Positions 59,999 to 64,000 of a stretch of DNA of 64,000 bases are shown here, piece after piece; the stretch's first letter is position 1; each line of letters starts with the position of its first letter. The position numbers and the translations under genes were made by a program. The notes below the pieces were generated by a model. That model did not search any database, was not told the DNA's origin, and worked only from the letters and a program-made list of their open reading frames with translations. This DNA comes from an uncultured Chloroflexia bacterium (GTDB lineage: Bacteria; Chloroflexota; Anaerolineae; Anaerolineales; RBG-16-64-43), in NCBI GenBank assembly GCA_963780865.1, contig CAWADT010000006.1:20858-84857 (forward strand), read 5' to 3'.

Positions 59999-60696
59999 CC
60001 CAAGTAGAGGATCCGCCCGCAATTACCGCATTGAATGATTTCCTGCCCGGAACGGGCGGAGTCGACGCGCGCCGAAGAGGGGGCCACCCCGCAGGCGCCG
60101 CAGGCTCCGCTTTCAAACCGGACGACGGCCATTCCGTGCTTGCTCCGCCGCAGGGCGGAATATCTTTCCAGGTCTTCCGGAGTCACCGCGGAAACGGCCG
60201 CTTCCCGCTGGTATCCAATCGTCTCGAGGGTGGATTGCACAACGGCTCGTTCCGCGAGCAGCTTCTCGTCCAGTCCGGACCGCAACCGCTCCTGCTCCTC
60301 CCGCGCCGCTTGCGCGGCGGCCACGGCTTTCTCGGATTCTTCGCACCGCATCATCGATTGCAATTGCCGTTCCTCAAGCACCGCGAGGTACCGGCGCAAC
60401 GAGGCGGATTCCTCTTGCACTTCCTGCAATTCCTTGGGGTTGCTCACGCCGCCGCCGTACAGCGTTTTATCGGTTTCCGCTATCCGCTGCTGCTGGCTCC
60501 GGGTTTCTTCCTCGGTTCGATGAAGATCCTTTTTCGCGTCGTCCCACAGGGCGCGCGCGGCTTCCTCCTCCGCTTGCGCGCGGTCCAGATCCGGATGCTG
60601 CTTGAGGCCCGTCTCGATATCCGACAGCCGCGCCTGATGGGAATCGATTTGACTGTCCAGGGTTTGCAATCGGAAAAGGTTGGAAATACGCGTCAC
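59995..60696 (-). CDS. coiled-coil protein with a C-terminal C4 zinc ribbon (COG1579/DUF164-like)
   Basis: NLFRLQTLDSQIDSHQARL..., long heptad region, CGACG...CGNCGRILY. GTG start at 60696 is preferred over TTG at 60726. Confidence 0.7.
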   Translation of the reverse strand: MTRISNLFRLQTLDSQIDSHQARLSDIETGLKQHPDLDRAQAEEEAARALWDDAKKDLHRTEEETRSQQQRIAETDKTLYGGGVSNPKELQEVQEESASLRRYLAVLEERQLQSMMRCEESEKAVAAAQAAREEQERLRSGLDEKLLAERAVVQSTLETIGYQREAAVSAVTPEDLERYSALRRSKHGMAVVRFESGACGACGVAPSSARVDSARSGQEIIQCGNCGRILYLG

Positions 60697-60805
60697 GGGT
60701 TGAATTATAGGGCAAAAAGGAAGCAAGTCAACACGCGCCCGGTTGGATTGACCTGACTTTTTCCGGGCGGTACAATCCGGACGGTTTTGCTACCGGAGGC
60801 AAAGA

Positions 60806-62035
60806 ATGAACCAACCCAAACAGGTATTCCTTCGCCGATGCGCCCCCTTGCTCCTGATCCTTCTGGCGCAGGCGTGCAATCTCGGAGTACGGCGTCCCGC
60901 GTCCACCCTGCTGCCCTTCTCCACCGCAGAATCATCCACTCCGGGGAGCAGTGCGACGGAAACGTTGCCGGCAGTCGCCGCTTCCACCGCGACACCGACC
61001 CCTATCCCTCCCACCCCGACCCAGACGCCGATCCCCCTGGTGTATCCGGTCGGCCCCTCGGGGTTCCCTTCCAACGTCGATCCCCTCACGGGGCTTGTGG
61101 TGAGCGACCCGTCGCTCCTGGATCGCAGGCCGCTGGCCATCAAGGTTTCGAATTTTCCGCGCACGGCGCGGCCGCAGGCCGGACTCTCGAAGGCGGACAT
61201 CCTCTGGGAGTTCTATACCGAATTCGGCAATACGCGCTGGATTGCGATGTTCTATGGCCAGGACGCCGATAAGGTGGGACCGATCCGTTCGGCGCGCGTG
61301 CTGGATACGCGGATCGTGCCGTTGTACGACGCCATCCTGGTCCACGTTCAAGCGTACGAAACCGTGTGGACGGAGATCAGCAAATCCGGGATCGATACGA
61401 TCAATGAGTTCCCGGCTTCGTGTCCCGCCATCTGCCGCGATACGACCGAACCGGTCGTTGAGAACAGCGCCTTCGGGAATACCGTCGAACTGACGAAATA
61501 CGCCAAACGGATCGGGATGCTCTCCGGCGGACGGCCCACCCTCGACGGGATGGTGTTCGATCCGGCGGCGCCGGCGGGAGCCGATCCCTCCACCGGGGTA
61601 TGGCTTTTCTTTTCATCCTCCGCCATGGCGCAATGGAAATACGACCCCTCCAGCGGCCGCTACCTCCGGCTTTCCGAGCGAGATCCCTCCGGCGTGATGA
61701 TTCCACTCACCGACCGGACCACCGGTGCGCAACTCGCGGTGGACAACGTGCTCATCCTGGATGTGAATATCTTCGGTTACTCCGGGAAGACGGGCAACGG
61801 AGAGCAATTCGACATGGACCTCTCGTCGTCCGGAACGGGATTTTTCTACCGGGACGGCGTCGTTGTGCAGGGCAAGTGGAAGAGCGGGGGTCCCAACGCC
61901 CCGCTTCAATTCGTCGATAAAAACGGCAACCCGTATGCGCTGCACCCCGGCACGACCTACATCGCCATTCTCGGGAACGGCTCCACGGGCGGCCGCACAG
62001 CCTCGACGGAATACCGCTTCTTCAATGTGCCGTAA
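60806..62035 (+). CDS. DUF3048-like (YerB-type) secreted lipoprotein, copy 1
   Basis: Signal peptide ending LLAQAC, Pro/Thr linker, DPLTGL...RRPLAIKVSNFPRTARPQAGLSKADILWEFYTEFGNTRW. Confidence 0.75.
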   Translation: MNQPKQVFLRRCAPLLLILLAQACNLGVRRPASTLLPFSTAESSTPGSSATETLPAVAASTATPTPIPPTPTQTPIPLVYPVGPSGFPSNVDPLTGLVVSDPSLLDRRPLAIKVSNFPRTARPQAGLSKADILWEFYTEFGNTRWIAMFYGQDADKVGPIRSARVLDTRIVPLYDAILVHVQAYETVWTEISKSGIDTINEFPASCPAICRDTTEPVVENSAFGNTVELTKYAKRIGMLSGGRPTLDGMVFDPAAPAGADPSTGVWLFFSSSAMAQWKYDPSSGRYLRLSERDPSGVMIPLTDRTTGAQLAVDNVLILDVNIFGYSGKTGNGEQFDMDLSSSGTGFFYRDGVVVQGKWKSGGPNAPLQFVDKNGNPYALHPGTTYIAILGNGSTGGRTASTEYRFFNVP

Positions 62036-62177
62036 TCGGAGCCCACGGTCGGTATAAACAACACGTAAATTCGCGGATCCTCGCTTCCCGAGGGATGAAA
62101 ACGAAGCCGCCCCCGGACGTTTTTCGCTCCCCGTATTTCCGCGCCATGGTGTACAAAGAAGGAAAGAGACTCGAAAA

Positions 62178-63417
62178 ATGGACATCCGCTTTTTGATCAC
62201 GCCTGCGCCACCCAGGGAGCGGGGGGAGTTCGGTTTTCGCGCGCTGGAGCGAAGTTTTTTTTTGTGGGGAGCCGTTGGATTCTTTGCCTTGGCGGGTTGC
62301 AGTTCGCCTGCACGCGCGAGCGTGGCCACACCCACTCTCCACCGAATCGGTTTTGGATTCGGCTACCCCGACCGCGGCTGCCGCGTTTACTCCCACGGAC
62401 GCATTAACCCTCACCGAAACCCAAACTCCAACCCCGTCCCAGACCAGCACGCCGGCGATCCTCAATCCCCTCACCGGCCTTCCGGTTTCCGACGCTTCCC
62501 TGATCGAGCGGCGTCCGCTGGCGATTAAGGTCTCCAACTTTCCGCGCACGGCCCGGCCGCAAGCCGGGCTTTCCTATGCGGACTTGCTGTTCGAGTTCTA
62601 CCAGGAATATGGATTGACCCGCTGGCACGCGATTTACCTCAGCCGGGACGCCGATAAGGTCGGCCCGATCCGTTCCGGCCGGAGAATCGATGTGCCCTTG
62701 ATGCGGGCGTACCAATCCATGCTGACCTTCTGCGCCGAGTACGACACCACCTGGGATTACATGGACGAGGAAGGAGTCCGCAATCTCCTGTTGTATTACG
62801 GGCCGGTCGGCCCGCCGGCCATGTGGCGGGATAATTCCCAGATCCCCATCAACGGCATCTACGGAAATACCGCCGAGCTTCGCAAAGCGGCCAAATACCT
62901 GAAAATCCCCGACATCAATCCGGATCTCGGGGGAATGGTTTTCTCCGAGACGCCGCCCGCGATGAGCGGTCCGGGCGACTCGCTCCAGGTGAGATTCCTC
63001 GCCGATACGGCGATCGCCCAGTGGCGCTACAACCCCGACGACGGAAAATAATACCGCTGGTCCGAGACCGACAATGGCTCGATGGCGCCGCTCCTGGACC
63101 GGGACACAGGGCAGCAGCTCTCCGTCTCCAACTTGATCGTGGTCTACGTCAATTACATCCAGCGCAACGGGGACCAGATCTACGAATTGGAATTGTTCGG
63201 CGGCGGCAAGGCGATGTTCTTCCGGGACGGGAAGGAATTGGACGGTATCTGGCGGCTCCCGAAACTCGATCGGCCGCTGCAATTCTTCGGACCGGATGGA
63301 CCCTATGATCAAAAACCGGGCGTGTCGTGGATCGTCCTGGTGGAAGATTCTTCGACCGAATCCCAGACCGGCGGGGATTGGACCGTTAAATTCGGCCAGC
63401 CGACGATGGGAACGTAG
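62178..63417 (+). pseudogene. DUF3048-like lipoprotein, copy 2; one frameshift and one in-frame TAA
   Basis: Lipobox FFALAGC lies in ORF 62178-62528. A frame switch at about 62328-62340 leads into ORF 62275-63051 (RRPLAIKVSNFPRTARPQAGLSYADLLFEFY). TAA at 63049-63051 sits where copy 1 has Tyr. The same frame continues through ORF 63082-63417. Confidence 0.65.
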
Positions 63418-63544
63418 ACTGCCGAAATTGAATTTTTTTGTTCGCTGGAAATAATCTGTACGCGGATTACCCCCGCTTCGCAAGGGCAGCCCCTGCGCGG
63501 AAAATTCCTGGTGGAAAATACCAGCCGCCTATTCATAAAAAGTT

Positions 63545-63746
63545 GACATTGCGAGCGACCGCCTGCCCTCGTGTACTTCGGGGGAAGGGAGGGAAACCCG
63601 CCCCGGCAAGCCCGCCGGGTGGGCCGGGGCAATCTCGCTGTTCGCGTTGGAAAGCCCAGATTGCTTCGCCCGCCCCGGTTGGGGTGGGCCGGGGTCGCTT
63701 CGCTCCCCCGGCCTCGCGGCGAAGCCGGGGCGGGGCTCGCAATGAC
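63545..63746. repeat. expanded member of the cattgcgagcgacc / ctcgcaatgac palindromic element family
   Basis: Same terminal arms and central caatct...agattgcttcg core as 5004-5092, with GC-rich internal additions (gggccgggg repeats). Confidence 0.55.
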
Positions 63747-63876
63747 AAACTCAGACTTTTTCAACATCCCATTAATTGTTTTTTATCCACGTAATCCGGT
63801 TTAATACCGGCCCGGGGAATGCGCAAGGCCATCCGAGAAATCCGCGTTTCGTTTTTTTTTCGGTCGTCTACGAAAC

Positions 63877-64000
63877 TCAGGTGGGAATTTCCTGCGACGA
63901 ATCGCCGATCGGCGGGAAGGGGTTTCGGATCGCGGGCAGGTATAAATCGCGCACGTATTCCTTGAGCATCCGGCGGGTGTTAAAAGTTGGCGCGATGGTG
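63877..64000 (-). CDS. C-terminal end of an alpha-glucan (glycogen) phosphorylase-like gene; runs off the right edge
   Basis: The reverse frame reads ..TIAPTFNTRRMLKEYVRDLYLPAIRNPFPPIGDSSQEIPT*. FN(S/T)xRM(L/V)xEY...YLPA is the usual C-terminus of alpha-glucan phosphorylases. Confidence 0.4.
   Translation of the reverse strand, partial: TIAPTFNTRRMLKEYVRDLYLPAIRNPFPPIGDSSQEIPT

Overview
High-GC bacterial chromosomal window; hand-counted 60-nt samples of core genes run about 55-70% GC. Gene content and the repeat families suggest a Chloroflexota/Anaerolineae-like organism, but that is a low-confidence inference. All calls come from reading the ORF track and DNA by eye against remembered family motifs; no searches were run.

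Layout, left to right:
- F1-only ATP synthase cluster atpA-G-D-C (minus strand), with a different palindromic repeat in every internal spacer.
- M42 peptidase, then a diverged tandem segmental duplication (7664-11395) holding decayed glycosyltransferase, sulfotransferase and peptidase copies.
- A roughly 14 kb co-directional, largely translationally coupled glycan-modification operon (11873-25996): GT4, three GT2, an MsbA-like exporter, two sulfotransferases, a NitT/TauT-type ABC importer, and an adenylation-carrier-LpxL-like acyltransferase fusion.
- ruvA, ruvC and a YebC-family gene.
- A WD40 lipoprotein, an ECF sigma/anti-sigma pair and a GNAT acetyltransferase.
- A Rab/Ras-like small GTPase next to a putative Roadblock-domain protein.
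- A sulfotransferase, an FkbM methyltransferase and a Cys-rich protein.
- Pyrimidine genes pyrC, pyrB and a pyrF-pyrE fusion facing pyrD-pyrK.
- A Zn-ribbon DNA methyltransferase-like gene.
- A PadR regulator with an ABC-2 efflux pair.
- A promoter carrying a perfect GAAC-N4-GTTC box ahead of a membrane protein and a lytic transglycosylase.
- An OmpR-type two-component pair, and a GAF kinase with Ser at the phospho-His position.
- A Zn-ribbon protein coupled to a NACHT/HEAT STAND NTPase.
- Two DUF3048-like lipoprotein paralogues.

Best candidate for something new: the island at 40010-42997, wedged between the convergent pyr genes; its AT-rich part (about 33-47% GC in counted samples) starts near 41045. 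It encodes two WXG-type small proteins and a toxin with a WXG/LXG-like head and a glycine-zipper membrane tail. Its base composition breaks exactly at that domain junction. Downstream are hydrophobic immunity candidates and a single-chain tandem YbaB/EbfC protein. No secretion ATPase is visible in the window.

Caveat: about a dozen conserved genes carry single-base frame breaks, several in homopolymers and including atpG and pyrB. This most likely reflects consensus indel errors. Genuine nonsense decay also exists in the duplicated locus.
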